A stretch of 49,036 nt of DNA from an uncultured bacterium (lineage in GTDB: Bacteria > CSSED10-310 > CAZUFC01), in contig CAZUFC010000062.1 of assembly GCA_964619725.1 (NCBI GenBank), forward strand, positions 1-49,036, in the 5' to 3' direction. Below the pieces are notes generated by a model, which was not told the DNA's origin, did no database searches, and saw only the letters and a list, made by a program, of their open reading frames with translations. Within the stretch, counting starts at the first letter, position 1, and every line of letters begins with the position of its first letter. Positions 20,652 to 30,099 of this stretch are shown here, in pieces. A program made the translations under genes and the position numbers.

Positions 20652-21017
20652 GATTGCTCCTTTCTCCTGTCAGTTCATTAAACTTCGCCATTCTAGCAGA
20701 ATCAACCAATTTTCTGAACCATTAGCGGAAAAGTCTTATTAATCGGCGACCGGCAGCTATGTTTTTTTGGGACTGATCAAAGAGGGGTTAAAAATTGTGA
20801 TCGAAATACTCAAAAAGAACTTTCGTGCTCAGCGGAGCGGCGCTCGTGCTCGTAATCGTAATTGATCGATTCAGATGATTACTCTAATTTACTTTCAAAC
20901 GACCGCAATGACGTCTGTTTTTCCGATTTCTATTGACGCATATGGATAAAACCCGACATCATCTGAAACGGATCAAAAATTTTGATTGTTTCACCGCTCG
21001 GACTGGGGCCTTATTTC

Positions 21018-21111
21018 GCTCTTTCAGAGCTCTCCATTCTGTCCATTCCACCTGGGGTTGCGCTCGCAGGCTCGCTTAACCCCAGGCTTTCACATTTCGC
21101 GCCTTCGGCGC
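21018..21111. repeat. REP-like palindrome (copy 3)
   Basis: GCTCTTTCAGAGC, CCTGGGGTTGCGCTCGCAGGCTCGCTTAACCCCAGG, CTTT, GCGCCTTCGGCGC. Confidence 0.7.
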
Positions 21112-21261
21112 TTAAGAAGGCGCTTTTTTACTGGATGCAAATCGTCATCATCCTCCGTCTTTGGATTGGCCCTTATCCAGTCAGGCCAACGTCAGCTAAA
21201 ATGTGAACTTTAAAAATCCGAAACATGTTATAATGTCGGACCGGGAGCTTTTTGATATTAC

Positions 21262-21521
21262 GGGACTGATCAAACCGGGGTTACACTTTTTTCAAAACGT
21301 TTGACGATTTGTTTCAGTAATCTGGCTCGGGGTCGGTATCGGGATCGGGGTCGCAATCGGGATCGCAATCGAAATCGGGGGACTGATCAACCCGGGGTTA
21401 GGCTTTATCGTTTGACATTTTTTTTCAGTAATCGGAGTCGGTATCGGGATCGAAATCGAAATAAAATGACGGCATATTCTGGAAAATTGTACCCCCAAAA
21501 AACACATTTTTGATCAATGCC
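21262..21521. mobile_element. 260-bp composite MITE with 8-bp target site duplication
   Basis: GGGACTGATCAAA ... TTTGATCAATGCC ends; GATATTAC at 21254-21261 and 21522-21529; internal second left end at 21379; two (ATCGNN)n tracts. Confidence 0.85.
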
Positions 21522-21663
21522 GATATTACTATGAGGCGGATATGGATGAAAGGCTAAAAACAAGCGCGGTCGACGATATCGGCAATCGGAGTCCGTTTAC
21601 TGAAATTGTCCCCGGCAACAGTACAGTTTATTTTCAATTACACATTTAATTGAGGAGAAAAAT

Positions 21664-23075
21664 ATGAAATCCATGTTTTTTATTGTCTTGGCATTAGAAT
21701 TTTCGTATGGACAAACCCTGAAAAGAATGACGCTGTGCGCATGAAGACGGTTCATCTGACGAACAGAGGGCTTTACTCCGTGGAACGACTGCACACGAGA
21801 ACATTTACGTCGGCGCTTACCTTGACGTTGATCTCGGTTTGTCGCAGGAACCTCCGGCCGACCCGTGGACATACTATCCTTCGGGAATTTTCGATAATGC
21901 CGTGACGGTTAAAGGCGGTGAAGAAACCGAAAATATAGACGTAATCATTAAAACTTCCATACCAGTTTACACGCCGACAGCATCCGGTTCAGAAACGCCG
22001 ACTTCGACGCCAGTTACGGAGACTCCGAAGCCGGATGTGATTCCTCCGCAGGTTTTCCCGAACACAAATGTAAAACCTGAGTTTACTATTGAGTGTTCTC
22101 TCAGCGATTCACATGAATCCAGCTTGCCGGTTTATAAGGTTATACATAAGAAGATAGACAAATCGTGGGTTCGAAATTTTGCTGCGAAACATTTTAATAT
22201 TTTTGGAGAGATCAAGACATTGGGTAGTCGAAATATTTATTATAAAATAAAAGGAGAAGAATATGAATTGGAGCTTGATGCGAACAACGGAACTATTTTT
22301 TTAAGAAGTAATGATTTTTATTATAGTAAAAATCAAAAATGGCGGAAAAACGGTGAGTTGCCGGATACAGTTGCTTGCATTGAGATAGCAAAAAATTATC
22401 TTGATACAATAAACATTTCGATAGAAGAAAAATACCTAAAAGGAATCACAGTTTATAATGGAGGGCGGGATCATGTATCAGTTTATTTCAAAAGGAAATT
22501 CTGAGCTCCTGACAATGTGCCTGAAAAGAATTGTGAATTTTTTTGATGAAAACGGATCACGGTTCAAATCATATCAATATTGCTTGTCGTGAAATCCAAA
22601 AATATTTCACAATAATTTTGCCGATTTAGTGAGAGTAAAAATCTATTAAAATCAATTGGTTGAATCGGGTATGTCAAGAGTTCTGAAATTAGGGAATTAT
22701 GAGGTTTTCGGCGCCGGGGCAAAACTTTTGGTGAGTATAGGAAGGGGTGGCCATATCGTTAGAGTCGTGAAGGCATGGGAAGATATTGTTTTGTGGGATC
22801 ATTATCCCATTATTTCTCAAAAAAGCGCTTATTCGGAATTAAAAAAGGGAAGAGCGGATTGTTCAGAGGGTGCTGCTGGTGAGATTTATGACGTTCAAAT
22901 TGTTTACTACGCACATCCAAACAAACAGGAATATCTTCAACCGTCTTACATGTTTAAGCGCCGCGACAGAAAAAATAAAGATGACCTATTCGAGGTATTT
23001 GTGCCTGCCATTAAGAAGAAATTTTACCTGAAGGACAAAATGGATCCTGAAATTCCCGGCAACGATGTTAATTAG
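21664..23075 (+). pseudogene. Disrupted secreted protein gene (beta-sandwich domain, P/T linker, conserved C-terminal domain)
   Basis: GAGGAG RBS and ATG 21664 (MKSMFFIVL); frame breaks near 21693 and 21803 (GLYSVERLHT/YVGAYLDVD); the MITE at 22501-22685 splits ORFs 21839-22504 and 22656-23075, and excision restores VSVYFKRKLGNYEVFGAGAKLLVSIG. Confidence 0.75.
22501..22685. mobile_element. 185-bp MITE inserted in a gene, 5-bp TSD AAATT
   Basis: Ends CTGAGCTCCTGACA / TGTCAAGAGTTCTG (11/14 inverted); AAATT at 22496-22500 and 22686-22690; IHF-consensus AATCAATTGGTTG near the right end. Confidence 0.85.
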
Positions 23076-23280
23076 CGCCTGTCCATAAACTCGAATCTAG
23101 ATTAAAAATTTAATGCTGGACAGCCACTAGGGTTTTTGATCCATAAACGGGCGAATTTTTCTTAAGACAAGGAAGGCAAGGATTTACGAGGTAGGGTTAT
23201 TGCTGATACGTTGATTGAGTAAATCCGCAGCCTGACGCAGTACTGGGGAAAATTCGCCGTTTATGGACAAAAACTTGCTA
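23072..23280. mobile_element. Tandem GTCCATAAA-ended miniature elements bounded by TAG/CTA
   Basis: First 82 bp match 2574-2655; internal inverted repeat CCATAAACGGGCGAATTTT / AAAATTCGCCGTTTATGG. Confidence 0.65.
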
Positions 23281-23292
23281 AGGACGGTCATA

Positions 23293-23377
23293 TCTCTTAA
23301 GTCTCTTAAGTCCCTTAAGTCCCTTAAGTCCCTTAGGTCCCTTAGGTCCCTTAGGTCCCTTAAGTCCCTTAGTCCTT
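23293..23377. repeat. 9-bp tandem repeat (TCYCTTARG) x about 9
   Basis: Eight full units plus partial units read directly. Confidence 0.95.
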
Positions 23378-23550
23378 TCGCTTATAGCCCCAAATAAAGT
23401 GATAAAAGCCCCTAACCCACCGTTCAATTTTGCAAAAATATCAGAAATGAACGTTACAAAAATATTTTCAGCGACCCCACCGATGCCGACCTTTAACAAA
23501 ATAATCATTTAAAAACAAAAACTTAAAAGATATTAGCATAGCCTTCAAAC

Positions 23551-23567
23551 TCGGCACGGCGTTTGCC
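23551..23567 (+). promoter_or_regulatory. sigma54 (-24/-12) promoter
   Basis: TCGGCACGGCGTTTGCC = GG-N10-GC, close to TGGCACG-N4-TTGC; AT-rich IHF-like AAACAAAAACTTA about 30 bp upstream; about 77 bp before the protease ATG. Confidence 0.55.
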
Positions 23568-23643
23568 CATGCATATACCGGGATTCGGCGACGGGGTCAG
23601 TTGCCGGAAATTATTAATCTTTTTTCTATGGAGGTTAGATGAA

Positions 23644-26600
23644 ATGAAAAAGTTGATGAGACTCAATCACATTCGGCAGTTCGTTATTGCGGGCGTTTTG
23701 GTTCTGTTGTCGGTATCCGCGGCGTTTTCGGGAACGGCAGAGCGTTTAATCGCGCCTGAATTCAGTGCGGATGAGCTTTCAGGGCGATTTCAGGCGATGG
23801 GTTTGAACCAGTCGATGGACGTGCGGACTTATCTGATACCCCGCCCGGTATTTCCTGCGCCGCGATTCGAGCGTATAACGGAAGATTTTGCAATGCATGT
23901 TCTGGTTTTGAAGTTTGATGAAGGCACGCGCGTGCGGTTACGAGACGGTTTTTTTGTTGTTGAGGAGCGGTCACGTGACGAGGAGGATGTCTTCCGGATG
24001 GACAGGCTGGGATTGCTGAGCGACGAAGTTATTAATACGGTTGAGGAGTTTAACGAGATCATGTTGCGGAGCGATGCGATCATCGAGGTGGAGCGCCATT
24101 TCGAGCGTTCGGGGGAGGAGCTTGATTTCAGCCGAATCAACGGACAGAATCGTGTGGGACGTGAGCTGGCGGACCTTAATTTGTATTATACCGTTTATTT
24201 GAATCCAGAATTGAGCGAAGAGGAAGTATTGATTGCGCTGGACCATTTCAATGCTTTACCTGCCGTGGAATCCTGCTATCCGGTACCGATTCCCCGTAAT
24301 GCCTCGCTTGATGCTGCGGACAGGTCTAAAGACGGTTCGAAGTCGACTCCGGACTTCACTTACGGTCAGCATTACAAGGAATCGGCGCCCAACGGGATAG
24401 ATGCTGATTTTGCGTCGCTTCATACGGGAGGCGAAGGTTCCGGAGTCGACGTCATCGATATTGAGGGCGGATGGAACCTCGATCATGAGGATTTGCCTTC
24501 CACATTTTACAAGAATGGAGTCAACTGGGGAGGCGATCACGGTACGGCTGTAATAGGAATCATCAGGGCGCGCGACAACAGTTACGGGATGACGGGGATA
24601 TTGCCGCACTGTCGCATCGGAGTTGGTTCGGTGTCGAACTGGCATGGTCCTTACGCTTTAGCGGCAGCCATCGACAATGCTGCCGACGAGTTGGAAGAAG
24701 GCGACGTCATTCTGATTGAGCAGCATTTGAAGGGACCCGACACGGGCGGCACGTGCACCTGCAATTGTTCTCAATACGAATACATTGCTGTTGAATACTG
24801 GAGCAACTACTACGATTCCATAGCTGCAGCAACGGCCAATGGAATCATTGTGGTGGAGGCTGCGGGCAACGGAAGCGTCAGCCTGGACGATTCGGCGTAC
24901 GACGACCGTTTTGACAGAACCGAGCGCGATTCGGGAGCGATCATCGTTGGGGCTCAGGATTTGAGCGGATTCACATTGAACGGACCGGCCTGCTGGACGA
25001 ATTACGGCAGCCGTGTTGATGTAAGCGGATGGGGCGACCAGGTATGGACCCTGGGATACGGCGATTTGCATTCGGGTTCCGGGAAGGATGAGTATTACAC
25101 CAGCGATTTCGGTGGAACGTCCAGCGCTTCTCCGATCGTCGTGGGGGCCGTCGGCGCGATCCAGGGCTACCTCTACCTGCACGACCGTGAAAGACTCGAT
25201 CCCATGACTATGCGAGCCTTGCTGACTCAGACCGGAACAGGGCAGGAGCCGAGTTCAAAACATATCGGTCCTCTTCCCAATATCCGCAACGCTATCCATG
25301 AGTTGTCCAGGATGAGTTCCGTGTCCGGCGACTTCAACGGCGACGGCCGACCCGATCTGGCCGTGGGGAATCCCTGGGCTGAGGTGGACGGCGATCCCGG
25401 CGCGGGCCTGGTCCGTGTCTATCAGTCAGACGGCGGCGCTCTTTCGCTTTATGACTACTATGAAATATCCCAGGGTTCGACCGACCTGGACGTCTGGGGA
25501 TCGCCAGAGGATAACGATTGCTTCGGGTTCGCCCTGGCGGCCGGGAATTTCGACGGCGATGCATACGACGACCTGGCGATAGGTGTTCCTTTCGAAGATT
25601 GGGAAGCGGAAAACGAAGGATTCGTCATTGTTCTTTACGGTTCGTCTTCCGGACTGAACGCTTCCGACTATGTACTGGTTCACCAGGATAACGGCATCAA
25701 CTTGAACAACTCTTCGGAAGACAATGACCTTCTCGGTTTTTCCATGTCAGCCGGCGACATTGACGGCGACGGGTACGATGATCTGGCTGTCGGATCGCCC
25801 GGCGAAGGTTACAACACCACCGCCAATACCGGCATGGTGCACGTGGCTTACGGCTCGTCCATCGGGATCAGTTCCTGCTGCGACAAGGAGTCTCGTTTCT
25901 ATACGTCCGCGCATGACAACTTCATGGGCCGGGCCGTAACGGTTGAAGACCTGGATGACGACGGTTACGCTGATTTGTGCATCGGCATCCCCGGATGGGA
26001 CGAAAGCGATGCCGAAGATGTGGGACATGTTATCGTTTACTGCGGCAGTTCCTCAGGCCTGGACGGAACGTTCGACCCGGTGGACGGCGATATCCTGCTG
26101 CTGAAATCAGATGATGCTATCGATATGTCATCCCTGAGGCATTCAAGAATGGGCGAAGCCCTGGCCGCTCATCCTGCCATAGGCGACGAAGGTCCCTCGC
26201 TGCTGTTCGTCGGATGCCCCGGATACAGGGATTATCTTAAGTGGGGCGCCGGCGCAGTGCTGGAAGTTTACAATATCGACTCGCCTGAATCGGGACTGCT
26301 GTTCTGCCAGCAGGACTCAGATTCCTTCGAAGATATGGATGACGGCGTTGATGAGTTCGACCTGGTGGGCAGCAGCCTGGCGGCAGGCGATTTCGATGCC
26401 GACGGTGTTTGCGACCTGGCTATCGGGCATCCGGGAGACGGTTCGGACGTCGATGCCGGCATGGTCACTATTCTCTACGGATGGGCATTCATGGGCGTCA
26501 TGGCTTACGATGAACAGAATTTTACTCAGGATGACTTCATGTTCGAAACATCCGAATTCGGTGAAATGTTCGGCGCTTCACTCACCGCAGTCGACAAAAA

Positions 26601-26739
26601 TTCCGACGGCGATTGCGACCTGTTCGTCCTCTCGCCCGGTGAAGATGCTTCCGGCGATCCCCCGGCTATAAAGGTGAATACTCTCTATGGAAGTTCTTCC
26701 GGTATGAAGACTATGGAGATGATACCCAGGACGTTCTAA
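23644..26739 (+). CDS. Secreted S8 subtilase with C-terminal FG-GAP (integrin-alpha-like) repeats
   Basis: GGAGG RBS then MKKLMRL signal peptide (start moved from 23563); VIDIEGG (Asp), DHGTAVIG (His), AAGNG, GTSSASP (Ser); repeated GDFNGDGRPDLAVG/GDIDGDGYDDLAVG. Confidence 0.9.
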   Translation: MKKLMRLNHIRQFVIAGVLVLLSVSAAFSGTAERLIAPEFSADELSGRFQAMGLNQSMDVRTYLIPRPVFPAPRFERITEDFAMHVLVLKFDEGTRVRLRDGFFVVEERSRDEEDVFRMDRLGLLSDEVINTVEEFNEIMLRSDAIIEVERHFERSGEELDFSRINGQNRVGRELADLNLYYTVYLNPELSEEEVLIALDHFNALPAVESCYPVPIPRNASLDAADRSKDGSKSTPDFTYGQHYKESAPNGIDADFASLHTGGEGSGVDVIDIEGGWNLDHEDLPSTFYKNGVNWGGDHGTAVIGIIRARDNSYGMTGILPHCRIGVGSVSNWHGPYALAAAIDNAADELEEGDVILIEQHLKGPDTGGTCTCNCSQYEYIAVEYWSNYYDSIAAATANGIIVVEAAGNGSVSLDDSAYDDRFDRTERDSGAIIVGAQDLSGFTLNGPACWTNYGSRVDVSGWGDQVWTLGYGDLHSGSGKDEYYTSDFGGTSSASPIVVGAVGAIQGYLYLHDRERLDPMTMRALLTQTGTGQEPSSKHIGPLPNIRNAIHELSRMSSVSGDFNGDGRPDLAVGNPWAEVDGDPGAGLVRVYQSDGGALSLYDYYEISQGSTDLDVWGSPEDNDCFGFALAAGNFDGDAYDDLAIGVPFEDWEAENEGFVIVLYGSSSGLNASDYVLVHQDNGINLNNSSEDNDLLGFSMSAGDIDGDGYDDLAVGSPGEGYNTTANTGMVHVAYGSSIGISSCCDKESRFYTSAHDNFMGRAVTVEDLDDDGYADLCIGIPGWDESDAEDVGHVIVYCGSSSGLDGTFDPVDGDILLLKSDDAIDMSSLRHSRMGEALAAHPAIGDEGPSLLFVGCPGYRDYLKWGAGAVLEVYNIDSPESGLLFCQQDSDSFEDMDDGVDEFDLVGSSLAAGDFDADGVCDLAIGHPGDGSDVDAGMVTILYGWAFMGVMAYDEQNFTQDDFMFETSEFGEMFGASLTAVDKNSDGDCDLFVLSPGEDASGDPPAIKVNTLYGSSSGMKTMEMIPRTF

Positions 26740-26770
26740 GGAAAATAACTGATTATAGTCAATTATCGCT

Positions 26771-26809
26771 GCGACGACCCATCCGGTTCGGGTGGGTCGT
26801 CGCGCTTTT
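26771..26809 (+). terminator. Intrinsic terminator
   Basis: GCGACGACCCATCCG-GTT-CGGGTGGGTCGTCGC stem followed by GCTTTT, 32 bp after the protease stop. Confidence 0.75.
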
Positions 26810-26904
26810 GCGGTTGGATGAGCCGGCGTCTGGAAAGGCTTATCAATTCAGAACTCTTTCGCATTATAACCTGTTGAATCCATTTTATACGCTTCAAAAA
26901 GGGC

Positions 26905-26985
26905 GGCGCTGATCAGATATCAGCGTTTCGAGATTCCATCAATTTTTTTGCAGGCAAAAACTGTTGCCCCTGTTTGATCAGTCCC
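26905..26985. mobile_element. 81-bp minimal MITE of the TGATCAAA-end family
   Basis: GGCGCTGATCAGA ... TTTGATCAGTCCC; its halves match 9830-9866 and about 10231-10278. Confidence 0.6.
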
Positions 26986-26997
26986 TGTATCTTTACT

Positions 26998-28113
26998 TCA
27001 GAGGACCGGTTTTTCTGAGTCAGGGCATACAAGGGAGGAAAGAATTTTATACAGGTATTCGGCGGTCGCTCGATGACCGGGCGGCGAGAGATGCCAGATG
27101 TCGTCGTTCAGAAAATATATTGAGGAAAGCGGGCCCTGAAGCGCCTCTCGCATATCCAGGCATAGAGTCTTTTTTTCCCGGCACGCCTGCATGATTGCAT
27201 CCTGCGGCTGAACGGCATCAGGAGGCTGCGTCATCTGATATGACAATGGAAATACGCACACTATGGGTTTGATGTTTCTCTTGTTCGCTTCGTCAATAAA
27301 GGAGTTCAATTTATCCCTGAACCATATCCACTGAGGCGAGTTTTTGTCGAGGTAAACGTCGATCTTTATGAAATCCTTACCGGTTAAATGCGCCGGGGGA
27401 TCGAGGCTTTTCCGCCAGGTATTCACTATTCGGAAATAACCCCAGCGGAACAAATGCGAGCGCGTCAGAAAATAAGCTTTAATAAGGTTCCAGCGATGAC
27501 GGGATGGATCGGGGACCGCTCCTGGAGGTATTCTGTCCGCTAAGCCGATCCAGTGAAGCGCCGGGGCCGCCACATCGTTCAGACAGATGCAAAGAATCGC
27601 TATTTTCGGCGAATAACGCACTCCTTCCTGTAAAAAATAGTGCAACTCATTATAAATCGTATACGCCGGCACGCTGCAGTTTATTATCTCAACATCTTTC
27701 GTTTTCTCGCAAATTCCCGAATTTCCAAATTTTTTCCGTAAATAATTCGTAAATAAAAACCTGTCAGGCAAACCCGATCCGAATGCCACTGAATCGCCTA
27801 AAAAAAGTATCCGAAAAGCATCCTCATCGGCTTCATAAGAATGTTCGATGTCCCTCAACCCCCGGCTGTTGGTTTTAAGCATGGGATAATCAATGGAAGC
27901 CTTCATTCGATACAAATAATCCCACTCGGCCGATCGAACCGTCAGTTCAGGAAGCAATGCCGTTAATGAAGACTCCTCGTCCGAAAACAGATGCTCATAA
28001 ACCCTAAAACCGAATTCAAGCGCTGCAAGGCATACGAACATTGATGCGCAAAAGACAAGCAACCCTCGTATTCTCAAGCTCTTTATTAACTTTTTCAAGC
28101 CCGGATTATTCAC
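26998..28113 (-). CDS. Membrane-anchored SGNH/GDSL hydrolase (O-acetyl esterase/transferase-like)
   Basis: N-terminal TM, TNSRGLRD, LFLGDSVAFG (block I), CLND (block III), DIWHLSPPGH (block V). Confidence 0.85.
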   Translation of the reverse strand: MNNPGLKKLIKSLRIRGLLVFCASMFVCLAALEFGFRVYEHLFSDEESSLTALLPELTVRSAEWDYLYRMKASIDYPMLKTNSRGLRDIEHSYEADEDAFRILFLGDSVAFGSGLPDRFLFTNYLRKKFGNSGICEKTKDVEIINCSVPAYTIYNELHYFLQEGVRYSPKIAILCICLNDVAAPALHWIGLADRIPPGAVPDPSRHRWNLIKAYFLTRSHLFRWGYFRIVNTWRKSLDPPAHLTGKDFIKIDVYLDKNSPQWIWFRDKLNSFIDEANKRNIKPIVCVFPLSYQMTQPPDAVQPQDAIMQACREKKTLCLDMREALQGPLSSIYFLNDDIWHLSPPGHRATAEYLYKILSSLVCPDSEKPVL

Positions 28114-28293
28114 GATGTCCCCCCCGCTCAGCTCAAAATATAACTTCAGCGCCTTTATCCCGTCAAATGCCGTAACATTTTCGTTTTTTTTTTCCTGGTT
28201 TAACAGCGGATCATTGGAAAAACATGGAACTTTATATTAAAACATTCGCGGAGGATCAGCAGGGCTGCCAAAGCAGCTTCACTTCTCCTGACA

Positions 28294-29179
28294 TTGGTGA
28301 TAAAAGATTGTGAAATTTCTGACGAAAAAACGACCACGATTAATATTCTCACGGGTCTTTCCAGGCCGGACGCGGGAACAATAAAAATTGCAGGACTGGA
28401 CTGTACCGGAAATCCGAAGGCAGCCCAGCATTTGATAGGTATTGTTCCGGACGAAAGCAACCTGTATCCCGAGTTATCCGGTTTTGATAATCTTTGTTTT
28501 TGCGCGTCGTTTATACGGCATTCGCAAAAAAGAAAGACGCGAACGAGCAGAAGAATTACTTCAAATTTTTGGACTGAGGGAAGCGGCAGACAGGAAATTC
28601 GGCGGTTATTCCAAGGGTATGAAAAGGAAATTGACCATTGCTGCAGGATTAATACACCGACCACGGATTCTTTTTCTTGATGAACCGACAACAGGAATAG
28701 ACGTCGCCTGCGCACGGCGAATCCGACAGCTTATTGCTGATCTCCACAAGACAGGCGCTGCCGTATTTCTAACGACTCACTATATTGAAGAGGCTGAAAG
28801 ACTCTGCAGCAGAATCGCTTTTATAGTAAGAGGAAAAATCGTCCGTATTGATTCGGTTGCGAACCTGATGAAACAGACCCAGGGGCAACATACGGCGCTT
28901 TTTACCTTTCAGAATTCGGCGGCAAAGGCATGTGAGCATATAATGTCGGAATTTCCCCGGCTGCATTGTAAAACAGTTTCAGAAGGCATTATTGTAGAAT
29001 CGCCTCAACCCGTCCGTGTGGGCCCGCTTGTACGTTTGCTTGAAGACAAAGGCATTGAGGTGACGGAGGCGAGAAAAATTCTTCCGACTCTTGAGGATGT
29101 TTTCGTGGAAATCACGGGTATTGAAGCAGGAATGATGAAGCAGGAAAAGGAAAAAATGAAGATGGGGGGCAATGCATGA
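28294..29179 (+). pseudogene. ABC-2 (DrrA-like) ATP-binding protein, damaged
   Basis: Walker A reduced to ISDEKTTT (GPNGAG missing); +1 frameshift at about 28510 (FCAS/LYGIRKKER); intact YSKGMKRKL and FLDEPTTG downstream. Confidence 0.8.
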
Positions 29180-29913
29180 AAACGTGGATCGCATTCTGGA
29201 ATATTCTGCTTAAGGATATTCGCTCATATTACCTGAAACCTCCCAACATCAGTTGGGGACTGTTGTTCCCGTTAGTCTGGATAATCATGTTTTTTGTTCG
29301 TTCAGGTATGGGAATTGAACAGTTGCCCGATTTGCTGCCGGGACTGGCAGCGCTCAGCATTCTATTCGGAACGACCAGCGTCCTTTCAGTCACGGTAACA
29401 TTTGAAAAAAAGGGCAGGTCTTTTGAACGTCTGCTGCTGGCTCCCATATCACTGGAGGTTCTCATGCTGGCTAAAACGTCGGGAGCGATCCTGTTCGGAG
29501 TTGTAAATGCTTTTGTGCCGGTATTCATAGCGATGTTTCTTACCGACCTGTCCGGTATGAACTGGTATGTTTTTGTTCCCGCAACAGCCCTCATCGCTGT
29601 AACCTCGACCTTCCTGGGCTTGTTTATCGCCGTTTCCGTCAAAGAAGTTTTCGAAGCGCAGACCTTTTCGAATTTCTTCCGTTTTCCCATGATCTTTCTC
29701 TGCGGGCTTTTTTTTCCGGTTGCCTCACTTCCCGTTTTTTTGCGTCCGTTGTCGTACATCCTGCCCCTTACATACGGCGTCGACATTTTACGCGGTTCAA
29801 TGACCGGATCGAACGTGATGCCCTTCTGGGTGAATTTCCTTGTCCTGTCGGCTTTTTGCACGGCATTGTTCTATATCAGTTTGAGGAATATAAACAAAAA
29901 ATGGATCACTTGA
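29176..29913 (+). CDS. ABC-2 type transporter permease
   Basis: Six TM helices, ERLLLAP, FLCGLFFPVASLP...PLTYGVD; ATGA overlap with the ATPase gene. Confidence 0.9.
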   Translation: MKTWIAFWNILLKDIRSYYLKPPNISWGLLFPLVWIIMFFVRSGMGIEQLPDLLPGLAALSILFGTTSVLSVTVTFEKKGRSFERLLLAPISLEVLMLAKTSGAILFGVVNAFVPVFIAMFLTDLSGMNWYVFVPATALIAVTSTFLGLFIAVSVKEVFEAQTFSNFFRFPMIFLCGLFFPVASLPVFLRPLSYILPLTYGVDILRGSMTGSNVMPFWVNFLVLSAFCTALFYISLRNINKKWIT

Positions 29914-30002
29914 GTTGCGGTTTTTGCAGCCTTGAATAATTGAGAGGCTTTGAAAATAGGATAAAGAGAAAAACATCTCTTTTTAATTATTTATTGCTGT
30001 TG

Positions 30003-30099
30003 CGATTGCGATTGCGTCCCCGATACCGATCCCGAATCCGATACCTATTCCGATTGCGTCCCCGATTGCGTCCCCTATTGCGACCCCGATTGCGATCCC
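30003..30099. repeat. Degenerate hexamer tract (CGATTG/CGATAC/CGTCCC)n, about 16 units
   Basis: Read directly; same unit type as at 410-493. Confidence 0.85.

Noticed and set aside
23278-23508. Collagen-like (GLK/GPK)n ORF
   Set aside because: Translation of the 9-bp tandem repeat; overlaps the protease promoter region; no other coding support
29229-29861. 210-aa antisense ORF (and other shadow ORFs inside long genes)
   Set aside because: Antisense or alternate-frame shadows of well-supported CDSs
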